64,000 nt of DNA from Pseudomonadales bacterium (GTDB lineage Bacteria > Pseudomonadota > Gammaproteobacteria > Pseudomonadales > JAHRWD01): contig JAHRWD010000084.1 of assembly GCA_019090315.1 (NCBI GenBank), positions 387 through 64,386 on the forward strand, written 5' to 3'. Made by a program: the position numbers and the translations under genes. Positions within the stretch are counted from its first letter, which is position 1, and every line of letters begins with the position of its first letter. Positions 31,465 to 41,261 of the stretch are shown here, in pieces. The notes below the pieces were generated by a model. It saw nothing but the letters and a program-made list of their open reading frames with translations. It did not search any database and was not told the origin of the DNA.

Positions 31465-32241
31465 TTAGCGGCGACGTATTTTTCGGCGGCCCAGCGCCAG
31501 TGCAATCAGTCCAAGTCCCAGCAGCGGCAGTGTGGTGGGTTCTGGCACTTCGAAGTGGCCATCAATATTGTCGTTCCCGCAGGACATGGTCCAGTGGGCA
31601 TCAATCTCCAGGGGGTTGTCATAGCTGACGCCTAATGTATTCAGGTCAAGTGAGACAATGCGATAGTAGCTACTGCCCTCGCTACCAGCAGCGTTAGCGG
31701 TCAAGCCTCCAGCAATAAGCGAGCCGCCATTTAGAGCAAACGGATCCGAAGCATGGTGACTGCTGATTACGTCATTGCTCCAGCTGCCTGCATTGTATAG
31801 CCCGGCTGTATCGATACCAGTACCGGAGCCCATGTCAACTTTTGAGCCGCTATTGCCTTTGGTCATCAGGCCAAAATCGACCCCGTATTCATAGCTAGCG
31901 CCTGCACCAGCACCACTGCTGACGTTGCCATCGAAAGAGAGCGCCAGATCGCCCGCATAATAGTCATCGCCGTCGGTGAAAAGTACGTGGCCATCCTCGA
32001 CATCAAAACCGGTTTGTAGTCCGATCGACAAGACGCTGCCTTCCAGTTTGTAATAAAAATACTCAGCATCAAAAGCCTGTCCGCCAACGCCTGGGCCTTC
32101 TTCGTGTCCCTCGTCATCAGCGAATTGGGTAAAGCCGCTAGTGCTCCAGAGGCTCAGCGGCTCCGCAAAGGCGGTTCCAGTGCCGAGAATAGAGGCAAAT
32201 AGAAGGGAGTAGCATAGTTTGTGAGGCATATTCAATTTCAT
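31465..32241 (-). CDS. PEP-CTERM sorting-domain secreted protein
   Basis: 258 aa with a signal peptide (GTGTAFAEP). The C-terminus VPEPTTLPLLGLGLIALALGRRKIRRR is a textbook PEP motif plus TM helix plus Arg cluster. The body is Gly/Ser/Asp-rich. Confidence 0.8.
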   Translation of the reverse strand: MKLNMPHKLCYSLLFASILGTGTAFAEPLSLWSTSGFTQFADDEGHEEGPGVGGQAFDAEYFYYKLEGSVLSIGLQTGFDVEDGHVLFTDGDDYYAGDLALSFDGNVSSGAGAGASYEYGVDFGLMTKGNSGSKVDMGSGTGIDTAGLYNAGSWSNDVISSHHASDPFALNGGSLIAGGLTANAAGSEGSSYYRIVSLDLNTLGVSYDNPLEIDAHWTMSCGNDNIDGHFEVPEPTTLPLLGLGLIALALGRRKIRRR

Positions 32242-32288
32242 AGTTAATAGATCCAGAAAACAGGTTTCTTGCAGGTTTATTGTATCTA

Positions 32289-32304
32289 AGCAATCCTGAT
32301 GCCA
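32289..32304 (-). promoter_or_regulatory. sigma-54 (-24/-12) promoter upstream of the PEP-CTERM gene
   Basis: The minus strand reads C-TGGCAT-CAGGA-TTGCT-T against the consensus YTGGCACGR-N3-TTGCW. The GG-N10-GC spacing is exact, and the -12 element lies about 48 nt upstream of the ATG at 32241. Confidence 0.55.
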
Positions 32305-32572
32305 GGTTTTGCGCGACCTTGTTTTTCAACAGGTTAGCGCCGTTGTATGGATTTATTTGATCCATAAGGACAAAACACAGGCTAGCTGTGTAAAGAAAGC
32401 TGACGGTTGGTGGGGTTGTTAAATGGGTAGGTGGAATTGACAGGTTTATATCAAATACACCTGGGTCAATGGAGAATTGGGTGGTAGGTGCGGGGTGTTT
32501 AGAAGGAATGAGTTTCGTTGCACCAGGGTTCGGGCGCAACGAAACTCGATATGGAGCGTAAACTAGCAGGCA

Positions 32573-33709
32573 TTAACGCATCTTGCTAAAACAGGCGGTG
32601 ACTTCTTTTACAAATACCTCAGGCACTTCAAATGCGGCAAAATGACCACCAGCGTTGAGTTCGTTGTAGTACACCAGATTGGTAAAGCGTTTGGCGAGCC
32701 AGCGCTCTGAAGAGGGGAAAATTTCCTTTGGAAAACCGCTGGCTCCGGTTGCGATAGTGACTTCGCCGGAGTTATCGCCACCAAAACTTTCCCAATACAG
32801 TCGTGCAGAGGATGCGCCGGTTGCGGGCAACCAGTACATCATCACGTTATCGAGCAACTCATCTTTGGTGACTACATTTTCCGGGTGACCATCACAGTCC
32901 ATCCAGGCGTAGAATTTTTCAATAATCCAGGCCGCCTGCCCCGCGGGGGAATCAACCAGTCCATAACCCAGAGTTTGTGGGCGGGTAGATTGCTGTTTGG
33001 AATAACCTGAATCCGAGTCCTGATAATGCTGCATCGCTGCCAGGGCCATTTTTTCTCGGTCCGTCAGGTCGTTCATGGTTTCGGGGTCTGGCCCTGCAAT
33101 CGGCATGTTTAAGTGAATGCCCATGCAGTGTTCGGGGTCCTGTATGCCAAGCGCTGTGGTGATCATTGAGCCCCAGTCACCGCCCTGTGCAAAGTATTTG
33201 TCGTAACCCAATTTAGCCATCAGTTTGGCCCAGGTATCCGCTACTTTGGTAACGTCCCAGCCGGTCTCGGCGGGTTTATCGGAAAATGCATAACCGGGAA
33301 TCGATGGGCAAATAACGTGGTAGGCATCTTCCGCTTTGCCACCAAATGCTTCCGGGTCGGTGAGAGGTTCAATCACTTTCTGGAACTCGACAATTGAACC
33401 AGGCCAGCCGTGGGTGATGATTAGCGGCGTTGCATCGGCCACTTTGGATCGCTGGTGGATAAAGTGGATGTTAAGGCCGTTAATCTCGGTTTTAAACTGA
33501 TCAAAACGATTCAGCAAAGCCTCACGCTCGCGCCAGTTGTAGCTGTTTTTCCAATACTCAACGATCTCCTGAACATAGCTCAGGGGTATTCCCTGGGTCC
33601 AATCGGTGGGTGTTTCTTTTTCCGGCCAGCGGGTCATTTCAAGACGCTGTTTGAGGTCAACAATCTGTTGCTCATCGATGTCGATTTTAAACGGGGTTAT
33701 TGCGGACAT
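32573..33709 (-). CDS. epoxide hydrolase (alpha/beta hydrolase with N-terminal EHN domain)
   Basis: 378 aa. It has an epoxide-hydrolase N-terminal region (I....I.DL..RL..TRWP), the HGWPGS oxyanion motif, and GGDWG around the nucleophile. Confidence 0.8.
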   Translation of the reverse strand: MSAITPFKIDIDEQQIVDLKQRLEMTRWPEKETPTDWTQGIPLSYVQEIVEYWKNSYNWREREALLNRFDQFKTEINGLNIHFIHQRSKVADATPLIITHGWPGSIVEFQKVIEPLTDPEAFGGKAEDAYHVICPSIPGYAFSDKPAETGWDVTKVADTWAKLMAKLGYDKYFAQGGDWGSMITTALGIQDPEHCMGIHLNMPIAGPDPETMNDLTDREKMALAAMQHYQDSDSGYSKQQSTRPQTLGYGLVDSPAGQAAWIIEKFYAWMDCDGHPENVVTKDELLDNVMMYWLPATGASSARLYWESFGGDNSGEVTIATGASGFPKEIFPSSERWLAKRFTNLVYYNELNAGGHFAAFEVPEVFVKEVTACFSKMR

Positions 33710-33773
33710 TGTAGGCTTCCTCTACTTTTTATTGGTTGAAATAATCTACTGGCAGGTTTTTAGCTGGTGATCT

Positions 33774-34079
33774 TTATTTTTCAGCAGAGATGACGACCAG
33801 ATGCTGTTCCATATGTGGTCGGCCAGAAAAAGCTTCCCTTGGCATTGGATCCTGGTGAGCGATTCTGAAATCCGGGCTGCCCATCCATGTTTTGAACGCT
33901 TCTTCACTCTCCCAGGTGGTTAAAACAGAGTAGGAAGTGCCCTCTGATACGGGCCGTAAAATTTGCATACGAACAAAACCTGGCTGGGTTTCAATTTCAC
34001 CAGCACGTTTGGCAAATTTTCTTTCAAACTCTTCTGTCCAGTCTTCGGCAACAGGTATGCGGTTGGCAACTATAAACAT
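33774..34079 (-). CDS. ABM (antibiotic biosynthesis monooxygenase / IsdG-like fold) protein
   Basis: 101 aa with an ABM pattern (F...R..E....PGF....ILR......Y.V.T.WES.EAF..W..S..F). Confidence 0.6.
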   Translation of the reverse strand: MFIVANRIPVAEDWTEEFERKFAKRAGEIETQPGFVRMQILRPVSEGTSYSVLTTWESEEAFKTWMGSPDFRIAHQDPMPREAFSGRPHMEQHLVVISAEK

Positions 34080-34230
34080 TGTGTTTTCCCCTTTGTTAAA
34101 TGAATGAATACAAAAGTGTCGATATGGGCGGATATTGTAGCATCGAATTGATGAGGTATTGAGGCTAGCTGGGGGTTTCCAGATATGAGTTCTATAATAA
34201 ATAGACTGATTGTCAGCAGGAGAAAAAAGT

Positions 34231-34659
34231 TTGAAAAAAATTGTTGTGTTTGCTGTGTTAATTGCCGGTATCGCCTGGGCGGTATCCTATTTTTCAGGTG
34301 GAAAATATAGAGGGATAGATGGTGTATTGGATAGCGTAACTATTACAGAGGTACAGAAGTGGCAAGATGAGCAGGGAAACTGGCATTTCTCCAATTCGGG
34401 CGAAATACCTGCAGGGAGCGAGACAATTGAACTTCGTTCAGATCGAAATGTAATTAAAGTGGATTATATTGAACAGCTCGAGGCACAGCAAAGCAAGCAA
34501 TTGAAGCCGGAATTAAACACGGATAATCAGCCGATGCAAACCAGTAGAATTACCACAGTTCAGCAGGGTATTAAGGCGCTGCAACAGGCTGGTGATGTTC
34601 AGGGTATTCTCGATCAACGTGCCGATCAGCAGGAAAAACTTCTTGAAAGCTACCGCTGA
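34231..34659 (+). CDS. hypothetical membrane-anchored protein, DUF4124-like
   Basis: An N-terminal TM/signal anchor (KKIVVFAVLIAGIAWAV) is followed by KWQDEQGNWHFSN, which resembles the DUF4124 core. The likely TTG start at 34231 follows AGGAG (34218-34222); the ORF-track start is 34210. Confidence 0.45.
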   Translation: MKKIVVFAVLIAGIAWAVSYFSGGKYRGIDGVLDSVTITEVQKWQDEQGNWHFSNSGEIPAGSETIELRSDRNVIKVDYIEQLEAQQSKQLKPELNTDNQPMQTSRITTVQQGIKALQQAGDVQGILDQRADQQEKLLESYR

Positions 34660-34684
34660 TCGGCTTGATTGACACAGCCAGGTG

Positions 34685-36307
34685 CTATTTTCCCGACTCG
34701 ATTTTTGGAAGTCGTTTGCGCAGCTCATTCTTGGCGATTTTCTCCAGAGTAGAGCGCGGCAGGCTGTCAACTATGTGAACATCCCGCACCACTTTAAAAT
34801 CCGCTAAATTGATGGTGCAGGATTCGACCAGTTTGGTTTTTAACTCCTCCGCTGCGAGCGCTGCTCCTGCAGGATTTGGAATGACAAACACTACCGGTAC
34901 CTCATCCAGCATATAGTGCTTCTGTGCTACAACTGCACATTCACCGATCAGCTCTGTTGCCATGATGATGGTTTCAATCTCCGATGCGGCAACATTTTCA
35001 GCGCCTACCTTCAGCATATCCTTATCGCGATCGGCAAAAAACAGCGCACCACTGATATCAGCCCGAACGATATCACCGGTATCAAACCAGCCATTTTCGT
35101 CGAATGATTTGGCTGTGGCATCCGGATCACCAAAGTATTCTTTGAACAGACTGACACCTGGAACACCGAGGATAAACAGATGTCCTTTTTCGCCCGGTTT
35201 GACCATGCGGCCATCCGGATGGCGAATCTGAATATCGTATTCCAGCGCGGCGCGGCCCATATTTAGCGCTGGGCCAGGGTGATCAAGATCGGTGATAATG
35301 CCGTGGGTGATGGTTTCGGTCATGCCCCACCAGCCGATGCTTTCGATACCGAACAGCTCGTTGACCATCGGGATATGTGCACCGGTGCCCCAGAAACGGT
35401 AATTGTGTTCCGGCATTTTCTGCCCGGCTAATGCTTTGAATGCAAAAGGAATCATCGATGACCAGGTGCACTGATGTTTAACCGATACGGGCCAAAAGCG
35501 TGATGCGGAAAACTTGGGTTGCAGTACCATCGTGCCGCCACCCCAAAGCGAACCCAGCATTGAGTAAGCCTGGGCATTTGTATGAAACAGAGGTAAAAAT
35601 GTCAGGGTAATATCGTCCTGTACCAGTCGCATATGTGCGGCATTTACACGCGCGCCCCAGAGTGCGTTGGCATGTGTCCAGAGTACAGCTTTGGGCCGGG
35701 ACGTAGTGCCGGAAGTAAACTGAACCGCCAGGTTGGCCATTGGATCGGTGGTTCGTTCCGGCAGGTTAATCGGTGTATTGAGTAGTTCAGCAAAGGGTAG
35801 GTAGTTGATCCCGGCATCGACTTCGGCAGCTACGCCTACGTCGTTATCGGTGACCGCTAAAAAGCCAATATCTGGGCAGCTGTCGTTAATTAATTTGGCA
35901 AAACAGGGTTGGGTTATGGCGCAAACAGCGCTCACATGATCGGAGAAATAACTCAGATCACGAGCCACCGAACGGGTATTGGTAGAGACCGCGACCGCTC
36001 CCAATTGTGCACAGGCAAACCAGCTGATCACAAACTCCGGTGAGTTATCCAGATGGATCAATACAAAATCACCGGCTTTGACACCTTTTTTTGCAAGCCC
36101 CGAAGCCAGCGCGCGGGATTCATCCTGCAAGCGTTTGTATGACCAGCTATCCCCTTCGCCGGAGAACGGCTCCCAAATGAGGAATGGTTTGTCAGGGGTT
36201 TTGTCCGCCCACTGTTCCAGCAACCAGGGGATATCCATGCCTGCCATCGAGAGTTCAGAACTTTGGGTGATCTGTGTATTGAGTGCGCCCTGCGAAGAGT
36301 TGGTCAT
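34685..36307 (-). CDS. AMP-dependent synthetase/ligase (ANL superfamily; carnitine/crotonobetaine-CoA-ligase-like size class)
   Basis: 540 aa; FTSGTTSRPKAV, WGMTE, WFDTGD, and DMLKVGAENV motifs. Confidence 0.8.
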   Translation of the reverse strand: MTNSSQGALNTQITQSSELSMAGMDIPWLLEQWADKTPDKPFLIWEPFSGEGDSWSYKRLQDESRALASGLAKKGVKAGDFVLIHLDNSPEFVISWFACAQLGAVAVSTNTRSVARDLSYFSDHVSAVCAITQPCFAKLINDSCPDIGFLAVTDNDVGVAAEVDAGINYLPFAELLNTPINLPERTTDPMANLAVQFTSGTTSRPKAVLWTHANALWGARVNAAHMRLVQDDITLTFLPLFHTNAQAYSMLGSLWGGGTMVLQPKFSASRFWPVSVKHQCTWSSMIPFAFKALAGQKMPEHNYRFWGTGAHIPMVNELFGIESIGWWGMTETITHGIITDLDHPGPALNMGRAALEYDIQIRHPDGRMVKPGEKGHLFILGVPGVSLFKEYFGDPDATAKSFDENGWFDTGDIVRADISGALFFADRDKDMLKVGAENVAASEIETIIMATELIGECAVVAQKHYMLDEVPVVFVIPNPAGAALAAEELKTKLVESCTINLADFKVVRDVHIVDSLPRSTLEKIAKNELRKRLPKIESGK

Positions 36308-36495
36308 CTGTTGTCCTTTTGTTGTCGATTAATGCGACTGTTATTTTTATCGAATCTGTTTCAATCGGCCTTCAGAATAAGAGTCTGAAATTGCAAAGTC
36401 TACTTTGTAGGCCAACCTGCTATTTACTTTATGGTTGATCTCTTTCAAAGTACGGCTCAGATCAAATAACTTCATATTTTAAGCAGGAAAATCAG

Positions 36496-37677
36496 ATGCA
36501 ACAGGATCCAATCGTAATTGTGGGTATGGCACGTACGCCAATGGGTGGCTTTATGGGTGAGCTTAGCGCCGTTAAAACCACAGAGTTAGGTTCCACGGCC
36601 ATTCAGGCGGCAGTAGAACGGGCGGGTTTAAAAAGCGAGGATGTCGATGCGTTGATCATGGGCTGCGTATTACCCGCTGCGCTGGGGCAGGCTCCCGCAC
36701 GGCAGGCTGCGCTTGGGGCGGATCTATCGTTAACTACTGATTGCACAACGATCAACAAAGTCTGCGGCTCCGGTATGAAAGCCGTGATGCTGGCCCGGGA
36801 TAGTTTGGTTGCGGGTAGTCAAAAAGTGGTGGTCGCTGGCGGCATGGAGAATATGAGTAGCGCACCGCACATGCTAGCCAAAGCTCGAAGCGGTTACCGT
36901 TTTGGACACGGTGAACTACTTGATCACATGGCCTTTGATGGTTTGGAGGATGCCTACGAAGGTTAGGCGATGGGTGTATATGCAGAGCTTTGTGCTGACC
37001 GGTTTTCCTTCACCCGTGAGCAGCAGGATGAATATGCACTGCGTTCGTTATCACGAGCACAGGCTGCGATGGAATCGGGAGGTTTCGATGCAGAACTGAC
37101 CCCAGTAACCATCAAAACCCGCAAGGGGGAAGTCACGGTAAGCCATGATGAACAGCCACCAAAGGCACGGCCCGATAAAATCCCCGCATTGCCGCCGGCA
37201 TTCAAAAAAGGTGGAACCGTTACTGCGGCGAATGCTAGCTCGATTTCAGATGGTGCTGCCGCGCTTGTACTAATGCGTCAATCGGAATGTGAAAAACGTG
37301 GCTTAACACCACTGGCCAAAATCATCGGCCAAACCAGTTATGGTCAAAAACCTGCTGAGTTCACATTAGCTCCAGTCAGCGCTATTAAAAATCTGCTCGA
37401 ACAAGTCAGCTGGTCTGTTGATGAGGTTGATCTGTTTGAAATTAACGAAGCCTTTGCAGTGGTCACCATGGCGGCTATTCAGGAGTTAGGGCTGGATTCT
37501 GAGAAAGTAAACATTCACGGCGGTGCCTGTGCGTTGGGTCATCCAATTGGTGCAAGTGGTGCACGAATATTGGTGACGCTAATCGCTGCATTGCAAAACC
37601 AGCAAAAGAAACAGGGCGTTGCCGCGCTTTGTATCGGCGGCGGTGAAGCGGTAGCGATGGCGGTTGAAATGATGTAG
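36496..37677 (+). pseudogene. acetyl-CoA C-acetyltransferase (thiolase II) interrupted by one in-frame TAG at 36964-36966
   Basis: ORFs 36496..36966 and 36970..37677 are in the same frame. Together they make a thiolase of about 393 aa with all catalytic regions (NKVCGSGMKAV, NEAFA, GGACALGHPIGASGARIL, CIGGGEAVAM). The stop falls at the position of the Tyr in the DAF..YHMG consensus (here DAYEG*AMG). Confidence 0.8.
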
Positions 37678-37761
37678 GGCGTTTCACTCCTTTAGCTAAG
37701 GGGTTAATCTAGCATTACGCAATTTACTCCTAAACATTAGATAACTATTTAGATATAAAAT

Positions 37762-38301
37762 ATGGCAGATTCACTACGGGACCAACTCAAAAAATCGGGT
37801 CTGGTCAGCAAGAAAAAGGCTAAGCAGATTGAGCAGGAGCGGCGGCCTAAAAACAGAGAGCAGCAACGGGCCAATCAACAGGCTGCTGAACAAAACAAGC
37901 GGAATATGCAAAAGGAGCGGGCGGATAAAATTGCCCGGGACAAACAGCTTAATTTACAGAAAACTGATAAAGCAGAACGAAAAGCGATTGCAGCGCAGAT
38001 CAAACAGCTGATTGAAACCAATAAAATTTTATCCGAGGGTGAACAGGAATTTAAATTCACCGAGGGCAAAACTATTAAACGGATATTGGTCAGCAGCAAG
38101 CAGGTCAATCAGTTAAGCAAAGGTATTATCGTTATTGTGAAGCAGGGCGATCAATATATTATTGTGCCCGCGGTGGTGGCGGATCGAATTGAAGAACGAG
38201 ATACCAGCCGCATTATATTCCGGGCGGAAAAAGCCATGGATATAGATGATGCAGATGACCCATACGCGGACTATAAAATCCCCGATGATTTGATGTGGTG
38301 A
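37762..38301 (+). CDS. DUF2058 (YaiL-like) protein
   Basis: 179 aa. The N-terminus SLRDQLKKSGLVSKKKAK parallels E. coli YaiL LQEQLLKAGLVTSKKAAK. It has a highly charged K/E/R/Q middle and the C-terminus DDPYADYKIPDDLMW. Confidence 0.7.
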   Translation: MADSLRDQLKKSGLVSKKKAKQIEQERRPKNREQQRANQQAAEQNKRNMQKERADKIARDKQLNLQKTDKAERKAIAAQIKQLIETNKILSEGEQEFKFTEGKTIKRILVSSKQVNQLSKGIIVIVKQGDQYIIVPAVVADRIEERDTSRIIFRAEKAMDIDDADDPYADYKIPDDLMW

Positions 38302-38306
38302 TCTGT

Positions 38307-39410
38307 TTACGCTTTTTCTGTCTGTTCCGTTAGTGGGACAGCGGCTATGAAAGGTGGTGATATGCAGTTGCGACCGTGCCGTTTGGCCAGATACATATGA
38401 TCATCGGCACGCCGGATCCAGTCATCAATGCTTTCATTCTGTTCAAAATTCGCAACGCCAATACTTACAGTGACAGGCTCCCCATCCAAAATATCACTTT
38501 GTTCTACTGCTGCGCGAAGGCTGTCCGCAAAGGCTATTGAACCCTCTTTGTCCAGATCACGGGCAAGCATCGTAAACTCTTCGCCGCCGGTTCGAAAAAG
38601 GTTATCAAGTTTGCGTTTGCGTTGAATAATCGTGTCTACAACAGCTTTTAGTGCGTCATCTCCCGCATGATGGCCAAAGGTATCGTTGATATGTTTAAAA
38701 TTATCGATATCTATTGTCAGTAAGCTGGCGGTCCCGAGTCCTCGACGGCAACTTTCCGCAGCATTCTCAATATGTGTGAGCATGGAACGACGATTCAATG
38801 CACCGGTTAGCGGATCGGTAATGGCCAGCGCAGCCTGTTGTTTTTGCACCCTGTCGAGAAGCGCTACCACAACATCACCTAATACGCAGACCATCAAATA
38901 GGTAGCCGCAAAGCGAGCCGCAATCGGGGGATCAATGGTGTAAAACGCTGTGGGAACCAGTAGCGCGAAACTGACAAACAGCATGATTCGCGCCTGCCGG
39001 TGTTCAACGCTAGACAAAACAATAAATGCGAAGGGGTAATACCAGTAAATAATAGATTCCCCCTGCAGGAAAAGACCTGCGACCAGGGTTACCATAATGA
39101 GTGCGTAAAGGTACGCAAAGGGAATGGGCTGTCTTTTATGGCGATAAATGGTTACTGTATTTACCGCGGTTATCAGGACTATAAGTGATGTGAACAGGGC
39201 CATTGCCACTCGGCCTGCGATGAAGTGATTTACTGCATACGGGCTTAGCAAGATAAGAGTAGCGAGGCCAAAATAGAGGTTAAACTGAAGGCGAAAACTG
39301 GCAACTAAATTCTCGTCAGTGGATTTATAGGGGAGAGTGGCTGGCTCTGTTCTATCGGCGGGTTGCATTGGCTCCATCTTCAAGTATTCATCGGCATAGT
39401 GTAACTTCAC
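38307..39410 (-). CDS. membrane-bound diguanylate cyclase (GGDEF domain, GGEEF active site)
   Basis: 367 aa. An N-terminal half of about 5-6 TM helices is followed by a GGDEF domain (DPLTGALNRR, DIDNFKHINDTFGH..GD, RTGGEEF). Confidence 0.85.
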   Translation of the reverse strand: MKLHYADEYLKMEPMQPADRTEPATLPYKSTDENLVASFRLQFNLYFGLATLILLSPYAVNHFIAGRVAMALFTSLIVLITAVNTVTIYRHKRQPIPFAYLYALIMVTLVAGLFLQGESIIYWYYPFAFIVLSSVEHRQARIMLFVSFALLVPTAFYTIDPPIAARFAATYLMVCVLGDVVVALLDRVQKQQAALAITDPLTGALNRRSMLTHIENAAESCRRGLGTASLLTIDIDNFKHINDTFGHHAGDDALKAVVDTIIQRKRKLDNLFRTGGEEFTMLARDLDKEGSIAFADSLRAAVEQSDILDGEPVTVSIGVANFEQNESIDDWIRRADDHMYLAKRHGRNCISPPFIAAVPLTEQTEKA

Positions 39411-39578
39411 TAAACATTGTCACGGGATTGCCCAGCGATTGTAAGGGGCGGTTAGCGTGTTTTTTTATTTAGTGATATTAAGTCTAGATCAGTGGTAGCG
39501 ATAAACAAATTTGTAATAAAAAAGTGCAGCCCTTTGTGCTGGACTATTTTGTATTGGAGCAACAAACAGAGGTAGCCG

Positions 39579-41261
39579 CTAAGCCGCTACCTCTATTCTA
39601 GATTGTAAAACCTGGTGGGTTGCGCTTAGCAACGCATTGATTGAGCTGCTAAGCATATCCTGATGAGCGGCAACTCCGCAGCTGTATTCCTGCCCAGATC
39701 TGATTTTGATATAGGCGACCGCCTTTGAATCGGTACCGTGATTCAGTGCGTGTTCGCTGTACTCCAAAATCTCGATGGGTAGTTCAAATTGCTGCTGCAA
39801 ACCATCCACTACCGATTCCAGCAAGCCATTGCCTTCACCGCTGATCTGTACTGCCTCACCGGCTACTATGAGTGATGCCTGTAGTTGATTGTTATCGAGC
39901 TGGAAGCGATCCAGTACTATTTCCTGATCCATGTTCAGATAGGTTCGGTCAAACAGTTTCCAAATTTGCTCGGCTGAAATTTCACCGCCAATGTTTTCGG
40001 TCTCCTTCTGTACCACCTGGCTGAACTCAATCTGCAACCAACGCGGCAATTGCAGGCCGCTGTGCTGCTCCAGCAGGTAAGCAACCCCACCTTTTCCGGA
40101 TTGGCTGTTGATACGGATAATCTCTTCGTAGCTACGGCCAAGATCCCGTGGATCAATCGGTAGATAGGCTACCTCCCAGGGTTTATCGGCATCATACAAA
40201 TTCATGCATTTTCGAATCGCATCCTGATGGCTGCCTGAAAACGCGGTATAAACCAGCTCGCCAGCGTAAGGGTGACGCGGATGTACCGAAATAGCAGTGC
40301 ATTGTTCAACGGTTTGAATGATGCGGTTCATATCCGCCAAATCCAGTCCAGGGTCGATCCCCTGGCTGTACAGGTTCATAGCCATGGTGACGATGTCCAT
40401 ATTGCCGGTGCGCTCGCCGTTACCCATTAGCGTTCCCTCGACCCGGTCCGCGCCCGCCATCACACCTAGCTCCGCAGCTGCTACTGCACAGCCTCGGTCG
40501 TTATGGGTATGCAGGCTAATGATGACTGACTCGCGGTTTTCAATGTTTCGACAAAACCACTCAATCTGATCGGCGTAGATGTTGGGAGTAGTGACTTCAA
40601 CGGTTGACGGCAGATTGAGAATTACCGGGTTATCCGGTGTGGGTTGCCAAACCTGAGTCACTGCGTTGCAAATTTCGACCGCATAATCCACTTCAGTGTT
40701 GGTGAAACTTTCTGGTGAGTATTCAAAGGTCCAGCGGGTCTCCGGATATTTCTCCGCACAGGCTTTTACCTGCTTTGCACCGGTTACTGCAATTTCGGTG
40801 ATGCCGGTTTTATCCGATCTGAATACCTGCTCGCGCTGGATTTTGGATGTGGAATTATAGAGATGCACCACCGCGCTGTTGGCACCCTTCAGCGCCTCGA
40901 AGGTTTTGTTGATTAATGTCTCGCGAGCCTGGGTTAATACCTGAATGGTCACATCATCGGGAATGCGGTTTTCATCGATTAAGCGCCGGACAAAGTCAAA
41001 ATCCGGCTGTGATGCGGCAGGAAACCCCACTTCGATCTGCTTGAATCCAATCTCCACCAACAGCGCAAAAAAATCACATTTTTGCTCAACTGACATCGGT
41101 TCAATCAATGCCTGATTGCCGTCGCGAAGATCTACGCTACACCATATGGGCGCTTGTTCGATGCGGTTGTTGGGCCAGCTTCGGTCTGTAAGGTTCAGCG
41201 CTGGAACAGGGGCATATTTATTGTGGTCGAAGTTTGTGGTGGGCATCGCTTTGGAGTTCAT
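39579..41261 (-). CDS. leuA: 2-isopropylmalate synthase, long (~560 aa) LeuA type
   Basis: WCSVDLRDGNQALIEPM, FPAASQPDFDFVR, and HTHNDRG. It is colinear with the Pseudomonas/actinobacterial long-form LeuA as I recall it. Confidence 0.85.
   Translation of the reverse strand: MNSKAMPTTNFDHNKYAPVPALNLTDRSWPNNRIEQAPIWCSVDLRDGNQALIEPMSVEQKCDFFALLVEIGFKQIEVGFPAASQPDFDFVRRLIDENRIPDDVTIQVLTQARETLINKTFEALKGANSAVVHLYNSTSKIQREQVFRSDKTGITEIAVTGAKQVKACAEKYPETRWTFEYSPESFTNTEVDYAVEICNAVTQVWQPTPDNPVILNLPSTVEVTTPNIYADQIEWFCRNIENRESVIISLHTHNDRGCAVAAAELGVMAGADRVEGTLMGNGERTGNMDIVTMAMNLYSQGIDPGLDLADMNRIIQTVEQCTAISVHPRHPYAGELVYTAFSGSHQDAIRKCMNLYDADKPWEVAYLPIDPRDLGRSYEEIIRINSQSGKGGVAYLLEQHSGLQLPRWLQIEFSQVVQKETENIGGEISAEQIWKLFDRTYLNMDQEIVLDRFQLDNNQLQASLIVAGEAVQISGEGNGLLESVVDGLQQQFELPIEILEYSEHALNHGTDSKAVAYIKIRSGQEYSCGVAAHQDMLSSSINALLSATHQVLQSRIEVAA

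Noticed and set aside
32138-32539. ORF 32138..32539 (-, 133 aa) covering the PEP-CTERM upstream region.
   Set aside because: It overlaps the start of the PEP-CTERM gene in another frame. The region contains promoter-like and repeated motifs, and there is no protein family signal.
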